DNA of 20,000 bases from assembly GCA_050230475.1 (NCBI GenBank), contig JBFLGF010000167.1:49481-69480 (forward strand), given 5' to 3'. Shown piece by piece: positions 10,822 to 20,000 of the stretch. The translations under genes were made by a program, and so were the position numbers. Every line of letters begins with the position of its first letter. Position 1 is the stretch's first letter. The notes beneath the pieces are model-generated. The model worked only from the letters and a program-made list of their open reading frames with translations, had not been told where the DNA came from and did not search any database. This DNA comes from Ancylonema sp. (taxonomy: Eukaryota).

Positions 10822-13008
10822 TATAGCTACCCGAGGGTAAAATCAGATTTCGGAACCAAGGTCCGGCCCGGTCTGAGATGCGGACCGGGAGAGACCGCGC
10901 GGTTCTTAGGGTTTTGGAAATGGCGGGCATTTTTTGAGGGCGTCTCGATATTTTTTCTTCTTTCCCCCACCCCCCCTCTTCTTCCCCTCGTTTTCTCAAC
11001 AAAAAAAAAACCTAAACGTTATGCCTAGGCGTTGTAAGGCTTAGGCAGGAGGTAGCATTCGCCGATTGGAAGGATTGAGATGTATAGAATCATAATTGCA
11101 CGGGCCGGCAACATTGGATTTTCGGACCGCGGTCGGACCGGGTCCCGAGTCGGGACCCGGTCGGACCGGGGAACTTTTTGGTTTTTTTTGCTAGACAATT
11201 TTTCCGCGGGGAAAAAGGACGTGGTGCTTCATTTTTCTTCTGTACCTCACATGTGTGATATACATGTGTCATTTGTGGCTTGCGAAGCTGTAGCAAAATT
11301 ACCAAGATAAATAAAATAAAATAGCATATTCATATCCAACCGTCCATTGATTGCGATGGTGAAATTCAAAATTGACAAAATGGCTGAAATTTTGGTGTAA
11401 GTTGGTACTTGGAAATGTGTTATTCGGAGTGAGGAAATAATTTTGGGGACTGACAAGTTAGGAGTGGGAAGGGGGGAGAGAGGGGTTCATAAAGGTGTTA
11501 TCGGGGTAAAAATAGAACAAAAATTGTGGGTGTAGAAGTCGTAATGTTTTTCTTCTGTTTTATATAAGTATGGAGTTGTGGGCAAGGATAGATGTTGACA
11601 CGGTAAGTATATTTAAGATAGAGAAGTTACCCATTTATTTTATGTAGAATAGGAAAGTGAGAAGTGAGGAATGTATTTACAAGGTGGAAAGAAGTTTGAA
11701 TACAAGGTTGTGAGCGTGGAAAAAAAAATCCAGGATGATATTTGATATATGTGTTTCTAATTTTATTTAATTCCATGATACAATGACTCTTCATCAATTC
11801 CTCACATGAGCATCATTTCATAATTTCTTTGTAACTTATGGAACATTAAAATATATGGAGTACTCACAACCATTCCAAATGACCTAGGGCATTTTCTCAC
11901 GTGATATCTTTCGAAAGTGGTGAAAAACGATATCTACAATGATGCATTGCAAGTTTTAATTACTTACTTGAAAGGTCTAACATTTTTTTGACATTTTTAT
12001 AAGATGAAAAATATGATTTAATTCGCGAAAAAATAATTCCGGAGTTTTCTCTCCACGGAAAACACCTTAAAACCCACAAAAACCGATATTACTCTAAACA
12101 GCCGGTCCGGATTTTTGACCCAAAAGGACGGACCTCGGTCCGGAGTCGGGACCTCGGGACCCCGGTCCGCCGGTCCGTGTAACTATGTATAGAATAGAGT
12201 GGGGGGAAAGCGTGGTGGACGTAGGGGAAGGGCTTACGGCTACTTTGTAAAAAATAGTCGGTCACTGGTTTTTCTTCATTTTGAAGTTTTTGTCCTCTCG
12301 AATTAATGCTCCATCGGCGACATTTAGAGGATGCTAGGATGACGATTAAGATTCTAGGATGGTTTGATTTTAAAATGCCAAGTAATTGTTATATGGTGGG
12401 AGAATGGATGGACAAATTGCGGTATGTGTAGATGACGCGGAGACATGAGTAACCATTAGTAGCAAATGGCCACATTTTACGCCATATGAAGTCTTTGGTT
12501 ACTAGATTTTGATTACTAACTTCAAATTCTACAACAATCATTCATTCACTCATAACATTCAAAGTCGTTCTAAAATATTGTATCTTCTCTTGAAATCGCG
12601 TGGTCAACATGATGTATATAAGTAAGTGATAAAATGTTTGAAACTGCTATCACAACAAGTTCAAATGCTAAATGAAGTATTGGAGGACGGGAAATATTAA
12701 GTACTCGGCCAATTTTCTTTAAAAATCGAGAAAGCACGTTGGTTTTTGGTATTAATCCGTTAATGGCTACGCAATATGTTTTTATGAAAGCACATTGCAA
12801 AAATATAAGGGGAAAACATTATTGGATGAAAGGAAAAAAATAAATATCTTATTAATTCCGGACCCGGAACCGGACCCGGATTTACCCTAAATCGCCGATC
12901 GGGGATTTGATCCTACAAGGACAGACCCGGTCCGAGATGCGGACCTTAGACCCTGGTTCCGAAGGTTCGGGTAACTATGACCCAATCCCGAAGGTTCGGG
13001 TAACTATG
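10822..13008. mobile_element. Non-autonomous hAT element (middle layer of the nest)
   Basis: Left TATAGCTACCCGA vs reverse complement of the right end CATAGTTACCCGA match 11/13. TSD GACTAAAA (10814-10821) / GACTAAAT (13009-13016) match 7/8. The subterminal motif CCCGGTCYGAGATGCGGACC is shared at ~10867 and ~12926. Confidence 0.85.
11091..12187. mobile_element. Non-autonomous hAT element (innermost, youngest)
   Basis: TIRs CATAATTGCACGGGCCGGC and (reverse complement) CATAGTTACACGGACCGGC match 16/19. Perfect 8-bp TSD TATAGAAT at 11083-11090 and 12188-12195. GGACCG/CGGTCC subterminal repeats and an AT-rich non-coding core. Confidence 0.93.
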
Positions 13009-13629
13009 GACTAAATCATGTCTTTGTGGTAAAGGATTTACTGTTTGGGACCGACTTGATCGGGGTACCTCCGGTCCGGCGCCAAGCAAAATCCGGTCCA
13101 CATCATGGCCACATCCGATCCGGATCCGGGATCGAGGGGGGTCGGCACTAACTATGTCTACAAACAATTGATTCGCGTCTTGGATTCGTGATGGTGTTAA
13201 ACAGTACACCCCAAGTAAACCTTTCAAAAGAAAATCCCGACATCAAGTAGAACGGAAGTATCATATCAATATCGCTCGCATGGTAAATACGCAATCCCAA
13301 TCGCTTAACAAATCTTGCAACCACATCTATCCATCTCGTGTTACAATAAGTGATTACAACAAATATCACTTCAATCCTCCATTCAAGCACTCATGCGCCT
13401 CTTTTTCGGGCCATTAACATTGACCCTCCGCCATGTGCGGGGGCGGCCGTGGCAATGTCAGGATAATTCCTGGCATAATATATATGGGACAATTGGCGAT
13501 GACCCTACGCCATGTGCGTGGCTGACCCCCACAAAGGCGAGGCAACAACCCCACTTTTCTTCGTCAACATGCATAGTAACCGGAATAAGCGAATCTGACC
13601 AACATCCTTCCACTACAGTGTGCGTATCG

Positions 13630-16600
13630 TTACGTCCACTTCAAGGTTGCTGCTATGTATCGTAAGCTTTTTACTTGCTCTATCGCTCGTAGCCTCTCTT
13701 CTTGTTGTAATCGAGCACCTAAAGAAACAGGATCATTCCCTTGAATGAGCGTTGTGGGAGTGTTCTTGACCACCTTTTGTAGCAACTCATCCACTTCCTC
13801 TATGAACTCAATACGGAACAGAATTTTCTCGTTTTCTTGGTTGATGCCCTACAAGATTACACACAAAAACCTTCCATAGTAAGGGGCAACGATATCGCGC
13901 ACATTGTGATGTGAATTTCAATGATCACTACGCAAACAGAAAATGCGGGAGTGTTCGAAGAATCATGACGCCAGTCAGTGTATCCTACATATTAAGTAGT
14001 GCACTCAAGTCAACAACTAACACCAACCCTGGCAACACACAAGGTCATATTGGTCTCTTTTTGTGTTTTGTCCATCCTAGAGACCTCTCTAGTTTATCTT
14101 GAAGCCACCAAAGTGAGATATCAAAACATGCATTCTCAATGTGCCGCACGCTTTTGATCCAAGCCTACCGAATAAAAGGCTTGATTTCCGTTAGACATTC
14201 AAAACAACATTCATAACAGCACTCCCTACTTTCAGAACTCTAAGCACGTCACTCCTGGCTACCACATTATTGTGTTTCTTGTTCGGATCCTGCAGACCTG
14301 ACCACTCATGAACCAAGCAAGTACTCAGTCTGTGGTGAATGGCACCCCCGGATCTAAGTCTTCTCTGTACCCTCCAACCCAACCTCACCTGTGCCCCTTG
14401 TGGCCCTGAAGGCATGAAAACGACGTGTGGGTTTTCGGGAACAAAAGCAGCCTTCATCTTCTCCCCCACAGTCTGCACCCAGGTCGCGTTTGACTGTGAA
14501 CCCTGTCCAGGGAGGTGCAGGAGGTCGTTGAGAAGGCGCAGGGCTGGAGAGGCTGCTCGATAAGACATCTCTGTCTGCCAGGGAGTTAAATCAACACCTC
14601 TTATTTGACAGACCAGTATGTGAACCACGGAAATGATTGGAGAAAAGGGACATGGGATGTGAATAATTTGTTCCCATTTTTCCAAAACCTGCCATCTTGG
14701 TGTCTGTGTTCGAATCCCTTTACCATAACCATTCAGCGACTCCTGGAAGGAGGCTACAGTAAGAGCGGTAAATGATACCAAGAAACTGGAAAGTCTTTGT
14801 TGATGGCTCCTGGTGTCTCACCTGAATCCGCTGCTGTAGCAGTGTCAGACACTCAATAGCATCGCGCTCTTTCTGCATAACCAACAGCAAGGGCCGGAAG
14901 AGGCATCAAGACCTTCAGATCTACATTCAATGAACGCAAGGAGATACTATTCACATCCCAAGCTCGAAAGCCCAGAGGTAGAAGGAGATGCAGTGAATCC
15001 GATTGCATGAACTACAGCTTTTGCTACTCCAGATAGACTGTTCTAACTAATTGCTGCTCACATCCATGCGTGCCAGATCCAGGCGGTGGCGAATGACCAC
15101 CAGAAGGGCATTTGTCAGCTGCTTCTCCTTTGCTGCTCTTTCAATAGTCTTCCTTCAACCCACACCCCGACGCCAGCTGTCAGGGACGAAGAAGTGGCAA
15201 ACATCAGTGTGCCAGACACCCGGCCTGCATGCATTGCAGCACCACAATCTTTGCATAGTACAAAGGTGATCCCAACGGAGTAAGAACACGTGAGCCATCT
15301 CCAATCCTTCACAACCAACAGCGCCTGCAGCCCTGCTGATATCCTTGGCCGGATTGACAGGCAGCAAAATGTATTTTAACAAGTAATATGGCTGGAGACA
15401 GACGACTCCTTTATTTGTGATTGATAAGATGTGTATTTCGTATTTCCCTCTGACAGTTCGCTTTCGTGTATGACATAGACGTCAGGTTCGCTTTCAAATG
15501 ACTGTCATGGTGAAATACTCAACACGCAAAGCGAATCTCAACGAGACGGGGCACACAATTCTTCGCGAACTTCTGACGTCCATGTCACATTCATTCACTT
15601 CCATGAAACCACCAGCAAACGTGGTGGCAGGTGCAAGGCGACCAGCAGCAGTTGGTCCCAAGCAGTCAAACGGGCGGATATTATTGGAGGCTCACTTCTT
15701 CTAACTGGTCCCCGCTTCTGACGAGTTCAGCCACCAGTTGCCGAGCGTCATAAATCTCCTGTGTCGAAAACTCCAAAGTATCCTTCTTGTTCCTCTGAAT
15801 CAAGTCCTTATACTCTGCCAGCGTTGCAGCTTCTTCCTCCTCTTCTTGCTTAACGAGCAAGGCTTCAACCTGTAACGCTACCCAGACATACGAGCATGCC
15901 ATGTCAGCAAAAAAGCACTCATTAGTGCATTGAACCGGAATAGGTTCGCGAAGTGCAGGAAAGCCTGGAATATCGTGCCGGAGGCAAGCATTCATGACAC
16001 CTGGAAGCTCTGGTAGCATACATGATGCTCAAGAGTGGGACGAATACCATAATCACACGAATATCGACTTCCCAACGGTCTAAAGCCAACACGTCAACGT
16101 TAGGGATAAATACCATATCTCATTCTCGGTGACCTAGACACCAGGTCTTGGCACAATCATGCAGCTTCAGCATGTTCCACGTCAGACGAGATACAATGTG
16201 TGGCTGGCAGGTCAGGGCCTGACGAAAATTCAAGACGTTCAAGTGCGAAATTGAGGAGTACCGCAATACAGGGGCGAGAGTATTGACTGGACTTCGACTA
16301 CAGCTGAAATTTGATCCAAGCAACCACGGAACGTTCTAGTGTAGTTGAAAGCTATGTCCGCAAGTCAGCGTGTTTCCAGAGCTCCTTGTATGCAAACATA
16401 CAGCTGTAAACGTCGTATTTTGTGTGGAAAACTAAGAATAGTTGGCTCCTTATTCAGACATTAGCATACTTATAGACTCTTGTCATAATCCATTCATGCT
16501 CTTTGTCACAGAAATTATGCTCCGCTTCTCAAGACAGGTTCAAGCGATTTGGAGAACCAGTTCACGCTATTCAAAAATTAACTATATTCGAGCAGATAGT

Positions 16601-16980
16601 GATATTGATTGATAGCACATGCTCAGAGACTCATGTTCAGGATCAAATTTAGAAAAGGTTATTTCCAAATAGTTGTCGACAGTTCTGGACGCGGGAGTTC
16701 ATACCTCTGCTTCTGACCCAGTTGTGGTTTCAATATCTTCGTCAGCGCAACTTTCGTTTCTGGCTTTCACTTGCAGCTTCCTGATCTCGTTCTGGTGTCC
16801 CTGTTGTTTTCTCCTGAGTAACTTCCCTACATCAAATCGTGCTGTATAATCTGTACATGCCCTGCGGCCGTGAAAAATCGATACTTTGGTATGACTATCG
16901 TCCCAAGTTTCGTCAAGCAATTTGACCCTGCCGTAAGCTCTCGACAAGGGGAGCCTACAGCCACATACAACATACATTTT
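13630..16980 (-). pseudogene. Degenerate intron-containing MULE/SWIM-like transposase gene (tentative)
   Basis: In order on the minus strand: YVVCGCRLPLSRAY (G at 16960-16962 is one base from the expected D), VSIFHGRRA (C-x2-H-like, 16870-16881), a clean exon at 15696-15869, and WLTCSYSVGITFVLCKDCG (15247-15288; single base changes Y->C and D->H restore a CxC...CxH SWIM finger). Further exon-like frames lie at 14191-14781 and 13630-13848. Confidence 0.45.
15696..15869 (-). other. Phase 0-0 exon (58 codons) within the minus-strand relic
   Basis: Bounded by a ttacag acceptor and a gtgagc donor. Open frame VEALLVKQEEEEEAATLAEYKDLIQ...VRSGDQLEE, 174 bp. Confidence 0.55.
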
Positions 16981-17142
16981 TAGACTGCACTTCGATTGAA
17001 ATCTTTAAGCTTGGAAGTTTACTCTTCTGGGCTCGTAGCACTTAGTGTCTGTTGCTAGTCTTGACTGAGACTCACAGTTCAAAGGGAAAAAGGAAGGCCA
17101 ACGCTCATCCCGGGTGGTGGTTCGGGCCCCACGGTACCCTTT

Positions 17143-17394
17143 CGGCGAAACAGATCCTCTGGGTTTTTTGGTTGCGAGCGTGAGCGCCGAATGGTTCAAC
17201 CGGGGTTCAACAACATGCCGTCCGTCCCGCCACGTCGCTTTCCAATATTTAACCCTTCTTCGAATTTGGCGCTGTATTTTTCGCACAATCGGGACGAGTT
17301 GGCCGCTACTCTGATCCCAAACTTGAACGGCATCCCCGATCACGACACGAGATTCAACGGCATCCCGTCGTACTGTATCGTATGAGAGAAACGG
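17143..17394 (+). promoter_or_regulatory. Candidate cell-cycle promoter: E2F sites and a triple AACGG (MSA core) cluster
   Basis: TTTGGCGC at 17265-17272 and TTTCGCCG (reverse strand) at 17143-17150. AACGG at 17326, 17356 and 17390, the first two within a repeated AACGGCATCCC. All lie 140-390 bp upstream of the kinase ORF. Confidence 0.5.
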
Positions 17395-17533
17395 ACGCGC
17401 AGCGAAGTTTCCAACCAGTCGAGCTCCAGCCGGCTCTCGCCGGCTTAGGCCGGATGCTTTTTTTTCCCTGCAGTAGACCCCACACCCGCATCAGCGGCCT
17501 CTCTCAGGCCTCCTGACTATTCTTGCCTTCATC

Positions 17534-17810
17534 ATGCGGTCACCCCGGTGGCCTCTCGGGAGCTTCCCACTGGTTGCTCCCCCGTACCCCACTTCAGTTA
17601 ATGGAACTCCATCTCGCCGCCGCCAACCCCCGAGAGCGGCTAAACATAGCCTCACCCCTTGCTCCTATTCCGAAGACTGCGCCCCTGCCCCCTCCTCCGC
17701 CCATAAAATGGTTGCAGGCCTTGTGGAAGCCGCAGCGGCCATGGGCATGAATTCACCGATGTTGCTGACCAAAGGGACAATAGAGGAGTCCCCCATCAGT
17801 GTTTTGACAG
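17534..17810 (+). CDS. Wee1-like kinase exon 1 (5' boundary uncertain)
   Basis: Open frame from ATG 17534 to the ACAG|GTACTC donor (phase 1). Alternatives are a start at 17708 or an upstream exon using the acceptor at 17597. Confidence 0.55.
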
Positions 17811-19877
17811 GTACTCATTCCAGCCCACTTCCTTCGCTACTCACCGCTATCTCTTACACCATGTCCTCTCCAAATCTTGGTGACAGGTGTCGGCGGTCTG
17901 TTGTCCCCGGGAGAATTTGGTTCTCCCTTCACCCCCTCGCCCCCCCCTGGGGCCACCCCCATGGACGAAGACATGGCAGAAAGGTTCCTCGGCATAGACA
18001 CCACGGTTGCCTCTGATTCGGCTAGAAGGGTAGAAGGGGAGGCAGAAATGCTAGACAGGGCGGAAGTATCGGGAAATCCAGAAGTGCGCCCTGATGATTC
18101 TATGGTACAGGAGAGAGATGAAGAATCCGCCGTGGAGCCTTACACGCTGCCGAATTTGAACCCCCTCATTCTCCGCCGGCGCTCCATGGCGTCAGATGAT
18201 TCCAACCCCCCCCCCTGGTCCACACGCGGCCGAAGACCGAACGTACGGACCACGCGCTGTCACCAACATCCGCAACTGATGACTGCACCAGGGCACTGAC
18301 ACCTGTCCCCTTCCCCCCTGCCCCAGTCGCAGTGCAGTAGCGAGCAGAGTGGGGAGGCGGCGGAAAGGCTCCGCAGTTGGGAAGCGGCTGCAGCCAACGA
18401 GAGGCCAGAAACGAGCGACCCACCCGGGTCCCCAACCTCCCCAACCACCCCCAGCACCTCCAACAGCCCCTTCCAGATGGAATGCCCGGACGCCCCCCAC
18501 GCGCGCAGCAAGGAACTTCCGCGAAACAGCAGTCTGCGCGACACCAAAGTCCTCCTCACCACGCATCTTAAGCGATCCGCGTCCGTTTTCACCTTCGACC
18601 GACATTTTGAGTTCCTGAGGGAGCTGGGGAGGGGGTCGCAGTCGACGGTCAGTCGCAGGGCCCTTTAGGATAAGGGAGGGACCCACAATTTTGGTTCAGA
18701 TTCAGGTTTCAGCTTCGAATTCAGGTTCAGGTTCTGGTTCCAGCTTTAGCAGCTGGTTCAGTATCAGGTTCCAGATGCGGAGGTCAGCGTCAGCTTCGTG
18801 TTCAGGTTCAGATTCAAGGATGACTTTCAGATTCCAGGTTTCTGCTCTAGGTTGGCGGTTGGGATTCGGAAATCTGGGTTCAATCCCGGGTTCGGGTTCA
18901 GAAAGTCTCCACTTTTTCCTCGGGTTCAGGTTTACGAAGCCCGCGACCGTCGCAGCAGCGCCCTATGCGCCGTGAAGATGAGCAAGCGCCGCTTCAACAC
19001 CCGCGACGAGCGCGAGCGCTACATGCACGAGCTGGAGTCGGTGGGGTCGCTGTCCGAGCACCCCAACGTTGTCAAGTACTACCGCGGTTGGCAGCAGGAC
19101 GCGCACCTGTTCATTCAGATGGAGCTGTGCGAGGGGGGGTCGCTGAGGCAGCTGCTGGACAGGGGCGGGGGCGGACGCGCGCTGGACGAGCCCACCCTGT
19201 GGCGGATGGCGGGACAGCTGGCGGCGGGGCTGCACCACATCCACTCCAACGGGGTCATGCATCTGGACATCAAACCGGATAACATATTCCTGGACAGCCA
19301 AGGTGGGGCCCGCTTTCCCCTAGGGGGGGGTGGGGAACAGAAACAGGATTCGGGACCCCCACATCTTTTCCTTAACCCCTGTTCCGTTTCCTCTCCTCCT
19401 CCTCTGCCTTCGGGAATAACGGGAAAGACAGGGGGGGATAAACGGGGGGGGTTTGGTATGTGGGATGGGGATTGGCACGGGGAATTCAGTGTGAACAGAC
19501 GCTGACGTGGCAGGTGACGTGTCCCTCCAGGTGTGGTCAAGATCGGCGACTTCGGGATGGCGGTCCTCCGTCACCAGTGGGAGTGGGAGGAGGGCGACGG
19601 CGCCTACGTGGCACCCGAGATGCTGCGCGAGGAGCAACCGGGGCCCTCCGCCGACATGTATAGCTCGGGGGCGATGCTGTACGAGTGGGGAGCGGGGAAG
19701 CAGCTCCCCCGCTCGGGGCCCGCCAGGGAGGTGGCGCATATCGACCTGCTGCCCAACTGCTCCCCCTCGTTGAAACGGCTGGTCCGCCTGTTGCTGAACC
19801 CTAAACCCGAACTGCGTCCGACGGCAGAAGCGATGCTGGCCTGGGCGAAGGATCCGGACGCGCATGCTGGGGAGTAG
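17534..19877 (+). CDS. WEE1: Wee1/Myt1-family protein kinase, 5 exons: join(17534-17810,17887-18242,18327-18647,18930-19302,19531-19877), ~557 aa; start codon uncertain
   Basis: Kinase motifs: LGRGSQSTVY, AVKMSKRRF, HPNVVKYYRGW, LFIQMELCEGGSL, HLDIKPDNIF, VKIGDFG, the family-typical EEGDGAYVAPE, ADMYSSG and RPTA. Four GT-AG introns join in frame (1674 nt in total). The N-terminus is rich in S/T-P sites. Assignment to WEE1 rather than MYT1 is not resolved. Confidence 0.88.
17887..18242 (+). CDS. Wee1-like kinase exon 2
   Basis: The tgacag acceptor at 17886 is phase-compatible with exon 1. Donor AAC|GTACGG at 18243. Confidence 0.7.
18327..18647 (+). CDS. Wee1-like kinase exon 3 (ends in the Gly-rich loop)
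   Basis: Branch point CACTGAC (18294-18300), a pyrimidine tract and ccccag acceptor. Encodes ...FDRHFEFLRELGRGSQST. Donor GTCAGT at 18648. Confidence 0.8.
18693..18929 (+). repeat. Degenerate GGTTCA/TTCAGG hexamer array in intron 3
   Basis: Many imperfect copies (ggttca gattca ggtttca gcttcg aattca ggttca ggttct ...) run right up to the acceptor. Confidence 0.75.
18930..19302 (+). CDS. Wee1-like kinase exon 4 (subdomains I-VIb)
   Basis: ttcag|GTT TAC GAA ... HLDIKPDNIFLDSQ G|gtgggg. Confidence 0.93.
19531..19877 (+). CDS. Wee1-like kinase exon 5 (subdomains VII-XI, stop)
   Basis: ctccag acceptor at 19530 (phase 1), branch point CGCTGAC at ~19500. Contains DFG and APE motifs and TAG at 19875-19877. 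Confidence 0.93.
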
Positions 19878-20000
19878 GGGATGGGGGGAGATTGGGGGTT
19901 GGGGGTTGGAGGTTGGGGTGGGGCGTAGGGGGCAGAGTGGTGGGGAAGGTGGAGGATGGAGGATGTAGGATGGAGTTGGCGCGGCATTCGGCTGTTATAT

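Larger units (their letters stand above)
10322..13156. mobile_element. Outermost hAT-like element of the nest (left TIR missing)
   Basis: Right terminus GTCGGCACTAACTATG at 13141-13156 has the same AACTATG end as the neighbouring hATs. GATCCG/CGGAT subterminal arrays occur at 13090-13135 and 10322-10390. Confidence 0.55.

Noticed and set aside
7809..12800. Short ORFs inside the hAT elements as transposase fragments
   Set aside because: No BED finger, DDE or hATC dimerisation motifs were recognised, and composition is AT-rich non-coding.
18206..18215. Frameshift at the C10 run in the kinase gene
   Set aside because: Not needed: the 18243-18326 GT-AG intron removes the in-frame stop and keeps the frame.
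18166..19987. Multiple antisense and alternate-frame ORFs over the kinase gene
   Set aside because: Shadow ORFs expected from GC-rich coding sequence, with no recognisable motifs.

Overview
Eukaryotic genomic DNA with spliceosomal GT-AG introns and microsatellites. A green alga or plant lineage is inferred from the transposon types and kinase motifs; this is not proven. About 85% of the window is decayed transposon sequence and other non-genic DNA. It holds two degenerate Mutator(MULE)-like transposase relics (minus strand, ~1-1030 and ~13630-16980) and a frameshifted BTB/POZ exon (4090-4520). It also holds the 3' end of a PHD-finger-bearing Ty3/gypsy-like retroelement (4964-5337), followed by a polypurine tract and a pair of ~260-bp TG...CA direct repeats (6138-6397, 8920-9176). 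A non-autonomous hAT element (6925-8688) carrying a 438-bp (AT)n tract lies between those repeats, and a nest of CATAGTT-ended hAT elements spans 10119-13156. The only apparently intact host gene is a five-exon Wee1/Myt1-family protein kinase (17534-19877, + strand, ~557 aa) with candidate E2F and MSA cell-cycle elements upstream. No rRNA, intact tRNA or CRISPR array is seen. I found no convincing wholly new system. The best leads are the retroelement's terminal architecture, the nested hATs and the unusual features of the kinase.
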